Positions 8,386-16,725 of a stretch of 33,014 nucleotides of DNA are shown here, piece by piece. The position numbers and the translations under genes are program-made. The stretch spans positions 1 through 33,014 of the IMG/VR virus record IMGVR_UViG_2713896896_000010; one strand, 5' to 3'. Source of the DNA: a virus (Duplodnaviria; Heunggongvirae; Uroviricota; Caudoviricetes). Numbering within the stretch: position 1 is the first letter of the stretch; each line of letters starts with the position of its first letter. Under the pieces are notes generated by a model that was not told where the DNA came from, made no database searches, and saw nothing but the letters and a program-made list of their open reading frames with translations.

Positions 8386-8412
8386 AGCCCCTGCCATGCA
8401 GGGGCTTTTTTT
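8386..8412 (+). terminator. Rho-independent terminator
   Basis: Stem AGCCCCTGC / GCAGGGGCT with a 3-nt loop, followed by a T7 run. Read directly. Confidence 0.7.
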
Positions 8413-8418
8413 GTGGTC

Positions 8419-8446
8419 TGTACAGGCGATCATGTATGGCTATAAT
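8419..8446 (+). promoter_or_regulatory. Candidate sigma70 promoter for the mor-like gene
   Basis: Perfect TATAAT at 8441..8446. A weak -35 (TGTACA) lies 16 bp upstream. GGAG Shine-Dalgarno before the ATG at 8476. Confidence 0.3.
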
Positions 8447-8475
8447 AACAGTAAGTTACTACCGGAGACGCCATC

Positions 8476-8943
8476 ATGCAGACCTTCAGTGAAACAGATC
8501 TTCGCGATGCGCAGGCACTGCTGCCCGATTCCGTACAGCAACTGATTAGCGTGATTGGCTTCCCCGCTCTGACCCGGTTGATTCGTTCTTTTGGTGGCGT
8601 GACGTTAAGCGGTAAAACCGGCGCACACGCCGAACGCACCGGCGGTGTCCATGCCCTGTTACATGACGTGCTGACCGAAGACGAAATCAACAAACTGATC
8701 CGCTTTCTTGGCGGTGCACCGTTTTACATTCCCCGTTGTGATCATGCTTTACGTGCCCTGCGTAACACCCGTTTTATGGCTGATTTACAGCAGCATGTTA
8801 AAGGCGGTTGCTCACACCGACAGGCGCTGGCACTGCTTTGTCCCCGTTACGGGATTTCAGACCGGTATGCATGGCAACTGATACACCGACGACAAAAACA
8901 GACTTCGCTGAAAAGCCCCACCCAGGTGGGGCTTTTTGATTAA
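8476..8943 (+). CDS. mor: Mor/C-family transcriptional activator
   Basis: 155 aa. The C-terminal helix-turn-helix-like segment ...RYGISDRYAWQLI is typical of the Mor/C family. Position after gemA-like matches Mu mor. Confidence 0.65.
   Translation: MQTFSETDLRDAQALLPDSVQQLISVIGFPALTRLIRSFGGVTLSGKTGAHAERTGGVHALLHDVLTEDEINKLIRFLGGAPFYIPRCDHALRALRNTRFMADLQQHVKGGCSHRQALALLCPRYGISDRYAWQLIHRRQKQTSLKSPTQVGLFD
8914..8937 (+). terminator. Rho-independent terminator embedded in the 3' end of the mor-like gene
   Basis: GC-rich stem GCCCCACC / GGTGGGGC followed by TTTTT. Overlaps the last codons of the ORF. Confidence 0.55.
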
Positions 8944-8968
8944 TGGGACTCAGAAAAAGGAGACACTT

Positions 8969-9247
8969 ATGACCAACTATACGGCACTTGGCGAGTATAC
9001 GGCCTACTCAGAGCAGGCACGGGATGCTGCCGGACGCCGCTTCGCTTATATGAAAAATCTGGCCAGCCAGCTAAACCGAATGGCCGAACAACCGGATATG
9101 GTTGTTCAGGAAGAAGCGTTGCAGTGTGCCATTGCTGACATCATCGCCAGCGAAAACGAGATGCGCGCAGCGATGGAAAAGGCGAACGCCTCTGCTCCGC
9201 TTTGTAATAAACCTCTTATTACGCCGGACTCCCTTTCCCGCTTCTGA
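8969..9247 (+). CDS. Hypothetical protein
   Basis: ATG preceded by AAGGAG at 7-nt spacing. Internal start of track ORF 8936..9247, which begins at a TTG. No helix-turn-helix seen. Confidence 0.5.
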   Translation: MTNYTALGEYTAYSEQARDAAGRRFAYMKNLASQLNRMAEQPDMVVQEEALQCAIADIIASENEMRAAMEKANASAPLCNKPLITPDSLSRF

Positions 9248-9267
9248 TTTATCACCCCGCCGCTGCG

Positions 9268-9294
9268 GGGTGCTGAACTCCCCCAGCAGTACCC
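9268..9294 (+). promoter_or_regulatory. Conserved motif copy A (GGGTGCTGAACTCCCCCAGCAGTACCC)
   Basis: Matches the copy at 17427..17453 at 23 of 27 positions. Lies 135 nt upstream of the first lysis-cassette gene. Confidence 0.35.
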
Positions 9295-9430
9295 ACCACA
9301 CCAGACCGTTTACCCTGTCCACTCAGACCACAAGACACCTTAAGGGATAGCGCCCGGCAAAAGTCATTCTTTGTCTTTGACCGGGTGTTATTTACGGGCC
9401 GTCAGTGGCTCAGATTTACAGGAGAAACTC

Positions 9431-9823
9431 ATGTCTGAACCCTTATCAGGCGGCGGAGCGGTGGCTGTCACCATCGGTGGCGCCAGTGTGTTTGGCCTTC
9501 TCACCAATACCGATTTCGGGGTCGTGGTGGGCGCGTTTGCCGGGGCGCTTTTTGTTGTCACGCAGCAGAAAGAAATCCCGGTCTGGCGAATGGCTATCCA
9601 CCTGCTCGTCGCGTTTGTGGTTGGCGTTCTGGGGGCTGGCGTGGCTGCGTCACTGATGCAGTGGCTGACCCACTACAACGACAAGCCGCTCGATGCATTG
9701 TGTGCGGTCGGTGTCTCTGCTTTATCCATCAAGATACTGACTTTTCTTTATCAACAGGAAATTTCATCGCTGTTCAGCCTGTTTTCAAGACTGCGCGGCG
9801 GAGGGGGCGGAAATGGAAAGTAG
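9431..9823 (+). CDS. Holin-like membrane protein
   Basis: ATG after an AGGAGA Shine-Dalgarno. Several hydrophobic segments. Immediately upstream of the endolysin. Confidence 0.5.
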   Translation: MSEPLSGGGAVAVTIGGASVFGLLTNTDFGVVVGAFAGALFVVTQQKEIPVWRMAIHLLVAFVVGVLGAGVAASLMQWLTHYNDKPLDALCAVGVSALSIKILTFLYQQEISSLFSLFSRLRGGGGGNGK

Positions 9824-10109
9824 CCTTGCCGGTATTGTGAACGTCTGGCTGTGTCTTGCCATTGTGCTGGGGTTGTTTATGTATCGCCGCCACGGCGCAG
9901 CACATAAACCAGTGATTACCTGGCTGGCGTACTGGCTGATGCTCGGCTACGGCATCATCCCGCTCCTCTGGCTGACGGGGTCACATACGCACTCCAGCTG
10001 GCTGGCGGTGGCACTGAATCTGGTTTTCTGTGCGCTTATCGTGTGGGCGCGCGGGAATTTATCAAAAATCCTTTCGTTACTGAGGCATCCGTATGAAATC
10101 AAAAGATGA
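9813..10109 (+). CDS. Small membrane protein (holin/antiholin-like)
   Basis: 98 aa with about three hydrophobic helices. Overlaps both neighbouring genes. Confidence 0.5.
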   Translation: MESSLAGIVNVWLCLAIVLGLFMYRRHGAAHKPVITWLAYWLMLGYGIIPLLWLTGSHTHSSWLAVALNLVFCALIVWARGNLSKILSLLRHPYEIKR

Positions 10110-10638
10110 CATTTTTGATGAAGTCCTGGGCAAAGAAGGCGGTTACGTCAATCACCCGGATGATAAGGGCGGTCCGACCAAATGGGGCATTACGGAAAAA
10201 GTTGCCCGCGCCCACGGATACCGTGGTGATATGCGCGATTTAACCCGCCAGCAGGCGCTGGACATCCTTGAAGCCGATTACTGGTATGGCCCGCGATTTG
10301 ACCAGGTCGCCGCATTATCCCCTGATATTGCCGCAGAGTTGTGTGATACCGGTGTGAATATGGGGCCATCCGCGGCGTCCAGAATGCTTCAGCGCTGGCT
10401 GAATGTGTTCAATTTGCGCGGGAAGCTGTACCCGGATATGGATGCAGACGGACGCATCGGGCCTCGCACCATCAGTGCATTGCGCACCTTCCTGAATAAT
10501 CGCGGTCAGGACGGTGAACGGGTGATGCTGACGGCCCTGAACTGCACGCAGGGGGACCGCTATCTGGAACTGGCAGAGAAACGCGAGGCTAACGAATCGT
10601 TTGTTTATGGCTGGCTGAAGGGGCGCGTGGCGGTATGA
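10093..10638 (+). CDS. Endolysin, glycoside hydrolase family 108-like with a C-terminal peptidoglycan-binding region
   Basis: N-terminal EGGYVNHPDDKGGPTKWGIT is the GH108 signature as I recall it. 181 aa. Confidence 0.75.
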   Translation: MKSKDDIFDEVLGKEGGYVNHPDDKGGPTKWGITEKVARAHGYRGDMRDLTRQQALDILEADYWYGPRFDQVAALSPDIAAELCDTGVNMGPSAASRMLQRWLNVFNLRGKLYPDMDADGRIGPRTISALRTFLNNRGQDGERVMLTALNCTQGDRYLELAEKREANESFVYGWLKGRVAV

Positions 10639-10817
10639 CGCGTCAGCACTGGACCCACAGAACGCCACGTAAAGCCGCGCGCTGTGTTCTGGCCCTGTTT
10701 CTGGTGATGTTGCTTCCGGTGGGATGCACGGACATTAACAGAGCGGGCCAGTTGTTTGACGCGGCGGCGCAGGTCTGTCGGATTATTGACGGCATCCGGC
10801 AGTGTTCACAGAACTGA
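10635..10817 (+). CDS. Small lipoprotein (lipobox LPVGC)
   Basis: 60 aa with a signal peptide and lipobox-like LLPVGC, then a 29-aa mature region with two Cys. ATGA overlap with the endolysin stop. Confidence 0.45.
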   Translation: MTRQHWTHRTPRKAARCVLALFLVMLLPVGCTDINRAGQLFDAAAQVCRIIDGIRQCSQN

Positions 10818-10837
10818 TTTTTTGAAGGTCTGACACA

Positions 10838-11044
10838 GTGAGCATTATCAGATTTACAGAATGCGCAGGCTCAGGGAGCGCCAGCGCTGTCATGGTAGTC
10901 GCTGAACACATCACCCATTTTTACCGTCAGTGTGGTGCATATGGTGGCACGATCATTGAACTGGATACCGGGAAAAACGTGTATGTTCTTGAAAATCCCG
11001 ACGAAGTTAAATGCCTGATTGAACAGGCTCAGAAGGACACTTAA
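10838..11044 (+). CDS. Hypothetical small protein
   Basis: 68-aa ORF between the lysis and packaging genes. Confidence 0.45.
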   Translation: MSIIRFTECAGSGSASAVMVVAEHITHFYRQCGAYGGTIIELDTGKNVYVLENPDEVKCLIEQAQKDT

Positions 11045-11544
11045 TGGCGTGGTCACAGGATATCAGGGACAAAGTCCGTAACGGGTACATCTTTGACCAG
11101 CTTCCGCTGGATATCGTCGCCATGAAGTACGCCGTGCCGCACGACACCGCGCGGCGCTGGAAAACGCAGGCGATGAAGAACGGCGACGACTGGGACAAAC
11201 TGCGGGCCGCTCACGCGCTCGCCGGTGACGGGCTGGAAAGTGTTGCCCGCACCGTGCTTATCAGTCTGGTGGTGAAGTGTCAGACGACGCTTGAACGGCT
11301 GAACCAGAACCCGGACATCCCGCCGCAGGAGTCTGTCGAACTGCTGGCGAGTCTGTCTGACAGTCTCAGTAAGGCGGTGGCCAGCAGTAAAAAAATCCTG
11401 CCGGAAACCGACCGGCTCGCCACGGCACTGGAAGTGGTGCAGCGGCTCGGCGCGTTCATCAAGGAGCGTCACCCGGCGCAGTATGCCCCGTTTCTTGAGG
11501 TGCTCGAAGGCTTCGCTAAAGAGCTTGAGGATAATTTCAGTTAA
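11044..11544 (+). CDS. Putative terminase small subunit (Mu gp27/DUF1804-like)
   Basis: 166-aa ORF directly upstream of the packaging module. Family assignment from memory. Confidence 0.55.
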   Translation: MAWSQDIRDKVRNGYIFDQLPLDIVAMKYAVPHDTARRWKTQAMKNGDDWDKLRAAHALAGDGLESVARTVLISLVVKCQTTLERLNQNPDIPPQESVELLASLSDSLSKAVASSKKILPETDRLATALEVVQRLGAFIKERHPAQYAPFLEVLEGFAKELEDNFS

Positions 11545-11590
11545 CCATAGCGGCCCGGTTTTCCGGGCCGTCTGATATTCGGGATTTGTA

Positions 11591-12331
11591 ATGCAAAAAC
11601 AGATTATTGGTAACGCAACGTTGTATTGCGGTGATGTTCTTGATGTGCTGCCGGCGTTATCCGAACGTTTTGATGCCGTCATTACCGACCCGCCTTACAG
11701 CAGTGGTGGCATACACAAATCAGACCGCAGCATAGCCCCTTCGGACAAGTATGTCGGCCACACCCAGTATGCCGAGTTCACCGGCGATAACCGCGACCAG
11801 CGCAGCTGGGCGTTCTGGTGTTCCATGTGGATTTCTCATGCATTGCACAGGCTGAATCCCGGCGGTTATTTCATGGTGTTCAGTGACTGGCGACAACTAC
11901 CGGCACTTACCGATGCATTTCAGGCCGGTGGTGTGCTGTGGCGTGGTCTGGTTGTCTGGGATAAAACGCAGGCTTCCCGTGCGCCACACACCGGCTATTT
12001 CCGGCATCAGGCCGAGTATGTGGTCTGGGGCAGCAACGGAAAACTCGACAAATGCCCGCACGGTGGCCCGTTCCCGGGTGTGATTACGCAGCGCGTTGTC
12101 CCGTCCGAAAAACTGCACATGACCGCAAAGCCGGTTCAGCTGATGGCCGAGCTGGTTAAACCGCTGGCACCGGATGCGCACGTTCTCGATCCGTTTATGG
12201 GAAGCGGCACTACCGCCATCCCTGTACTTGCCCGTGGCGGACGGTTTACCGGCATTGAAATGACTAACCAGTATTTTGATATCGCCTGCGCACGTATCGA
12301 AAAAGCGCAGGCAGAAGCAGTGCAGGTGTGA
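11591..12331 (+). CDS. DNA N6-adenine/N4-cytosine methyltransferase (DPPY motif)
   Basis: Catalytic motif FDAVITDPPY near the N-terminus and an AdoMet-binding motif FMGSGTT near the C-terminus. No adjacent restriction endonuclease gene. Confidence 0.8.
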   Translation: MQKQIIGNATLYCGDVLDVLPALSERFDAVITDPPYSSGGIHKSDRSIAPSDKYVGHTQYAEFTGDNRDQRSWAFWCSMWISHALHRLNPGGYFMVFSDWRQLPALTDAFQAGGVLWRGLVVWDKTQASRAPHTGYFRHQAEYVVWGSNGKLDKCPHGGPFPGVITQRVVPSEKLHMTAKPVQLMAELVKPLAPDAHVLDPFMGSGTTAIPVLARGGRFTGIEMTNQYFDIACARIEKAQAEAVQV

Positions 12332-12332
12332 C

Positions 12333-13973
12333 GTGGCAAAACGTAAACTTTCCATTAAAGAGTTTCAGAGAAGCCTGCAGGAGTACATCGCCAACCTCCG
12401 CCAGACCATCGAGGCTGAATGTCTGGGGTTCGATGTTAACCCGCAGGCCACACAGGCCCGCCGGGCGGCAGTCTGCGACCCGGTGACGGGCTACGATTAT
12501 TTTGTCGAAAACTATTTCCCGCACTACGTCCGCAACCCGGCAAAAAGTGAGCTGCATAAATACCTGTTCACCCGTCTGCCACAGGTTGTGGCAAGCCCGG
12601 ACCCGGAGAACGACGCCATCGCCGCGCCCCGTGGTGAGGCAAAATCCACGCTGGTGACTCAGCTGTTTACCCTGTGGACCATTATCCGGGCCATTAAACA
12701 TTACCCGGTCATCATTATGGACAGTATCGACCAGGCTTATCCGATGCTGGAAGCCATCAAGGCTGAACTGGAATTTAACCCCCGTTTAAAAAACGATTTC
12801 CCGGAAGTGTGCGGACAGGGGCGCGTCTGGCGTATGGGGACCATCGTCACGGCCAACAATATCAAGGTGACCGTCGCCGGTAGCGGTAAAAAACTGCGTG
12901 GTCTGCGCCACGGTCCGTACCGTCCTGACCTGGTCATCCTCGACGACATCGAGAACGACGAGATGGTGCGTAACCCGGAGCAGCGCGACAAGCTGCATGA
13001 CTGGCTCACCAAAACCGTGATGCCGCTGGGTGAGGCTGGCGGTAAAACCGATATTATTTATATCGGGACCATTCTGCATTACGACTCCGTACTGTCGCGC
13101 ACACTCAATAACCCGATGTGGAAAACAGCCCGCTTTAAGGCCGTTATTCAGTGGCCTGCCAACATGAAGCTGTGGGACGAGTGGGAAGAACTCATCCGCA
13201 ACAAACAGCCGGAAGCAGCGGAGGCACTTTACCGGCAGAACGAAGCCGACATGCTCGCCGGGTCAGTGGTGTCATGGGCGGCGCGTCCCCTGCTGGCGCT
13301 GATGAAAATCCGTGTCCGTGACGGTCACGACACCTTTGATTCTGAATACCAGAACGACCCGGTCAGCGGTGAAGATGCGCTGTTTGCGGGCTGCATTAAG
13401 TTCTGGGTTAACCGTCTTGATGAATGGGTGTTCTACGGCGCTGTTGACCCCAGTCTCGGGAAGAAGAATAAAAACCGCGACCCGTCAGCCATTCTCGTGG
13501 GGGGCTTTAACCGCTTTACCGGCATTCTGGATGTGGTTGAAGCCGATATACGCCGACGTCTGCCGAATAAACTTATCGAAGACGTGATTAAGTATCAGCG
13601 GGAATATCACTGCCTGTGCTGGTCGTTTGAGTCCGTCCAGTTTCAGGAGTTTCTGCGTACCGTGCTGGTTGAGCGTTCGGCGGCGCTGGGTGTGCCGGTT
13701 CCGGCGCTGCCGGTCATCCCGCTGGAGGATAAGGCGCTGCGTATTGAGTCCCTTCAGCCGCATATGGCCAATGGTCTGATTCGTATCAGTCACACACATC
13801 AGACGCTGATTGACCAGCTGCGCCACTATCCCAAAGCCGACCATGATGATGGGCCGGACTGTCTGCACATGCTGTGGACGCTGGCGGTATCGCGCAGCGC
13901 AAAATTTCAGATACACACCCCACGCAGCACCGGGCGTGACCGTGGCGGGCGTTTTGGTTCAGGAGGATGGTAA
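12333..13973 (+). CDS. Terminase large subunit (Mu gp28-like)
   Basis: Large ORF after the small subunit. GTG at 12333 chosen because it follows the methyltransferase stop. The track start at 12276 is a TTG inside the methyltransferase gene. Confidence 0.75.
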   Translation: MAKRKLSIKEFQRSLQEYIANLRQTIEAECLGFDVNPQATQARRAAVCDPVTGYDYFVENYFPHYVRNPAKSELHKYLFTRLPQVVASPDPENDAIAAPRGEAKSTLVTQLFTLWTIIRAIKHYPVIIMDSIDQAYPMLEAIKAELEFNPRLKNDFPEVCGQGRVWRMGTIVTANNIKVTVAGSGKKLRGLRHGPYRPDLVILDDIENDEMVRNPEQRDKLHDWLTKTVMPLGEAGGKTDIIYIGTILHYDSVLSRTLNNPMWKTARFKAVIQWPANMKLWDEWEELIRNKQPEAAEALYRQNEADMLAGSVVSWAARPLLALMKIRVRDGHDTFDSEYQNDPVSGEDALFAGCIKFWVNRLDEWVFYGAVDPSLGKKNKNRDPSAILVGGFNRFTGILDVVEADIRRRLPNKLIEDVIKYQREYHCLCWSFESVQFQEFLRTVLVERSAALGVPVPALPVIPLEDKALRIESLQPHMANGLIRISHTHQTLIDQLRHYPKADHDDGPDCLHMLWTLAVSRSAKFQIHTPRSTGRDRGGRFGSGGW

Positions 13974-13976
13974 TTA

Positions 13977-15572
13977 ATGGCACAGCTTGTTGATATTTAC
14001 GGACGCCCGCTGAAACGTGAGGCACTCAAAACCACGCAGTCGGTCAGAGTGGCGGAACGGCTGCGCATTTATCCCGACCACCCGTCGCGTGGTCTGAACA
14101 TCAGAAAACTGCCGCGCATTCTGGAAGCTGCCGAACGCGGTTATCTTCCGGCGCAGGCGATGCTGTTTGCGGATATGGAAGAACGTGATGGCCATCTGTT
14201 CGCTGAAATGGAAAAGCGCAAAAAAGCGCTGCTGACGCTGGACTGGTCGGTGGAGCCTCCCCGCAATGCCTCGAAGGCAGAAAAGGAGCTGGCCGCTGCC
14301 GTGGATGACTGGCTGCATGGTATCCCGGACATGGAGGACATCATCCTCAACGGGATGACCAGCGTCGGTTACGGCTTCAGCTGTCAGGAAATCAGCTGGG
14401 CGTTCGTGGATAAAACGTGGTTACCGGATGCGGTGACGCTGCGACCGCATAACTGGTTTATTACCCTGCCGGAACACAATGATGAACTCCGGCTGGATGA
14501 CGGCAACCGTGGGGAAGATGGCAAGGATGGTTCTGCACTGTGGCCGTTCGGCTGGCTGGTTCACCGTTACAACGCCCGGTCGGGGTTCCTGGGTTCATCT
14601 GGTCTGTTTCGCGTACTGGTCTGGCCGTATCTGTTCAAAAACTTTGCGCTGCGTGATATGGCAGAATTTCTGGAGATTTACGGTCTTCCGGCGCGCATTG
14701 CTTACTATGCACAGGGCACCAGTGACGAGGACCGGGATAACATTCTTGAGGCGCTGGTCAATCTGGGGCATGAAGCGGTGGCAGCCCTGCCGCAGGGTAA
14801 CGAAATTGAGTTCAAGGAGGCCGCATCCGGCGGACCGGAGGCTTTCATGTCGATGGTGGAATGGGCAGAGCGTACCACCTCAAAAGTGATTCTGGGCAGT
14901 ACGCTGACCAGCCAGGCCGACGGTAAAACCTCCACCAACGCGCTGGGTACTGTGCATAACGAGGTCCGGCACGACATTCTGACCGCCGATGCGCGCCAGC
15001 TGTCCGGCATGTTCAGCAGCCTGATACAGATGATGGCCAGCCTGAACGGCTGGCAGGATATCCCGCAACGCCGTCTGCCGCGACTGGTGTTTGATGTACA
15101 GCAGGAAGCCGACATTAAGGGCGTGGCGGAAGCCGTCAGCGTTCTGCTCAACAATGTGGGAATGAAGGATATCCCGGCGTCGTGGGTGCGCAAAAAAACC
15201 GGTATCCCCACCCCGAAAGACGGCGAAGAGGTACTGGTGCCGGTGGCACAGCGTCTCCCTGTGCAGGCCGGCCTCAGCCAGCTGCGTGAGCGGCTGAATG
15301 TTGTCGCACTCAGTCAGCAGGACAACGGGGAGGACGACCCGGCACAGCGTGCCATCGACCGGGCAGAGCTTCCGGCAGAGGCCATCGCGCAGGGGATGAA
15401 CGAACTGGTGGCCCCGCTGGTGCAGGCCATACAGGAAGGCCGGGATGCAGACGAGACCATGAACGTACTGGCGGAAGCATGGCCGGAACTGCCGGATGAC
15501 ACGCTGCGGCAGTTGCTGACGCAGGCATTCTTTGTGGCGGATATCTGGGGGCGACTGAATGCCGACAGCTGA
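13977..15572 (+). CDS. Portal protein (Mu gp29/DUF935-like)
   Basis: 531 aa, immediately after the large terminase. N-terminal region resembles Mu-family portal proteins. Confidence 0.75.
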   Translation: MAQLVDIYGRPLKREALKTTQSVRVAERLRIYPDHPSRGLNIRKLPRILEAAERGYLPAQAMLFADMEERDGHLFAEMEKRKKALLTLDWSVEPPRNASKAEKELAAAVDDWLHGIPDMEDIILNGMTSVGYGFSCQEISWAFVDKTWLPDAVTLRPHNWFITLPEHNDELRLDDGNRGEDGKDGSALWPFGWLVHRYNARSGFLGSSGLFRVLVWPYLFKNFALRDMAEFLEIYGLPARIAYYAQGTSDEDRDNILEALVNLGHEAVAALPQGNEIEFKEAASGGPEAFMSMVEWAERTTSKVILGSTLTSQADGKTSTNALGTVHNEVRHDILTADARQLSGMFSSLIQMMASLNGWQDIPQRRLPRLVFDVQQEADIKGVAEAVSVLLNNVGMKDIPASWVRKKTGIPTPKDGEEVLVPVAQRLPVQAGLSQLRERLNVVALSQQDNGEDDPAQRAIDRAELPAEAIAQGMNELVAPLVQAIQEGRDADETMNVLAEAWPELPDDTLRQLLTQAFFVADIWGRLNADS

Positions 15573-16725
15573 CGATGTTGACCTGGGTTATGCGTACACC
15601 CTGAAACCGGAAGAAGCGATTAAGTATTTCGAAAGCAAGGGATACATTATCGGCTTCCGCTGGCACGATGTGAAGGATATTGCAAACGCCCGGGCGTTCA
15701 CGGTGGCGGGCGTGCTGAAACTGGACATTCTGAAGGATATCCGTGATGGCCTGACGGCGGCACTGGCTGACGGCGGGACGTTCAGGGAGTTTGCTGCACA
15801 ACTGGAGCCACTGCTGGAGAAAAAAGGCTGGCTGGGTAAAAAACTGATTGTGGACGAGGACACCGGCGAACTGCACGGCAGACAGCTGATGCCGCGCCGG
15901 TTGCGCACGATATTTGATACCAACATTCAGTCGTCATATAACGCCGGACGTTATCAGCAACAGATGGCGAACGTGGCTGACCGGCCTTATTTTGAGCGCG
16001 TGGCGGTGATGGACCTTCACACCCGCCCGAAACACGCCGCTCTGAACGGCTTTACCGCCCGGGCGGATGACCCGGTCTGGGAGTTTTTATACACCCCGGA
16101 CGGTTATCACTGCCGCTGCCGTATCCGGGCGCGTTCGGCGTCTGATGTGGAGAAATACGGCCTGACGGTGCAGAGCAGCGAGGGGCGACTGGTTGAGGTT
16201 GAGCAGGAATATGGTCAGCCGGGCCAGACCATCAGAACAATGGGACTGAAGATGCCGGACGGCTCCGTGTATACCGCCGACCCGGGCTTCGGATTTAATC
16301 CCGGTCGGGTGGCATGGCAGCCGGAACTGGAAAAATACGATTACCGCAGTGCCCGCCAGTATGTCACCGGCACTCTGACCGGGCCGGATTTTGCCCGGGG
16401 ACTGGCAAACGTCAGCGAACTGGATGCGCGCCAGCGATATCCGCTGGCCATCCGTTCACCGGAACAGGTCGCCGCCACGGGCGCTGCACGGCAGACGATA
16501 AACCTTACGGCTGACGTTATGAAGCGCCTCAGTGCAGCAGACACGCCCCCGGGTGTGTCTGACTATGTGCTGATGCAGCAGACCATCGAACGGGCGGAGC
16601 ATGTCACGCAGGACGGCAACGCGTGGCGGTATGCGTTACAGTCGGGCGACCGCTGGTCAGTGGCGACGGTTGAGGATGACGTGCTGACAGACTGGGTTAT
16701 GCAGGACACCCCGGAGGCATCATGA
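15559..16725 (+). CDS. Head morphogenesis protein (Mu F/gp30-like)
   Basis: 388 aa, following the portal as in Mu. Overlaps the portal stop. Confidence 0.7.
   Translation: MPTADDVDLGYAYTLKPEEAIKYFESKGYIIGFRWHDVKDIANARAFTVAGVLKLDILKDIRDGLTAALADGGTFREFAAQLEPLLEKKGWLGKKLIVDEDTGELHGRQLMPRRLRTIFDTNIQSSYNAGRYQQQMANVADRPYFERVAVMDLHTRPKHAALNGFTARADDPVWEFLYTPDGYHCRCRIRARSASDVEKYGLTVQSSEGRLVEVEQEYGQPGQTIRTMGLKMPDGSVYTADPGFGFNPGRVAWQPELEKYDYRSARQYVTGTLTGPDFARGLANVSELDARQRYPLAIRSPEQVAATGAARQTINLTADVMKRLSAADTPPGVSDYVLMQQTIERAEHVTQDGNAWRYALQSGDRWSVATVEDDVLTDWVMQDTPEAS

Noticed and set aside
8969-9247. Possible Mu C-like late activator downstream of mor-like
   Set aside because: The 93-aa product has no helix-turn-helix-like C-terminus and no Mor/C-family pattern. 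Called hypothetical instead.
9253-9272. GC-rich hairpin after the 8969..9247 ORF as an intrinsic terminator
   Set aside because: It is not followed by a T-run. Kept only as part of the structured leader finding.
11053-11682. 209-aa minus-strand ORF, and similar long antisense ORFs at 15310..15876, 16755..17345, 19893..20489, 21748..22257, 25325..25825 and 29132..29638
   Set aside because: Each lies entirely antisense to a + strand gene with strong positional or motif support (terminase, portal, head or tail genes). They have no ribosome-binding site context and are typical of GC-rich antisense frames.
12276-12335. TTG start for the large terminase as given in the ORF track
   Set aside because: It would overlap the last 56 nt of the methyltransferase gene. 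The in-frame GTG at 12333, directly after the methyltransferase stop, is more plausible.
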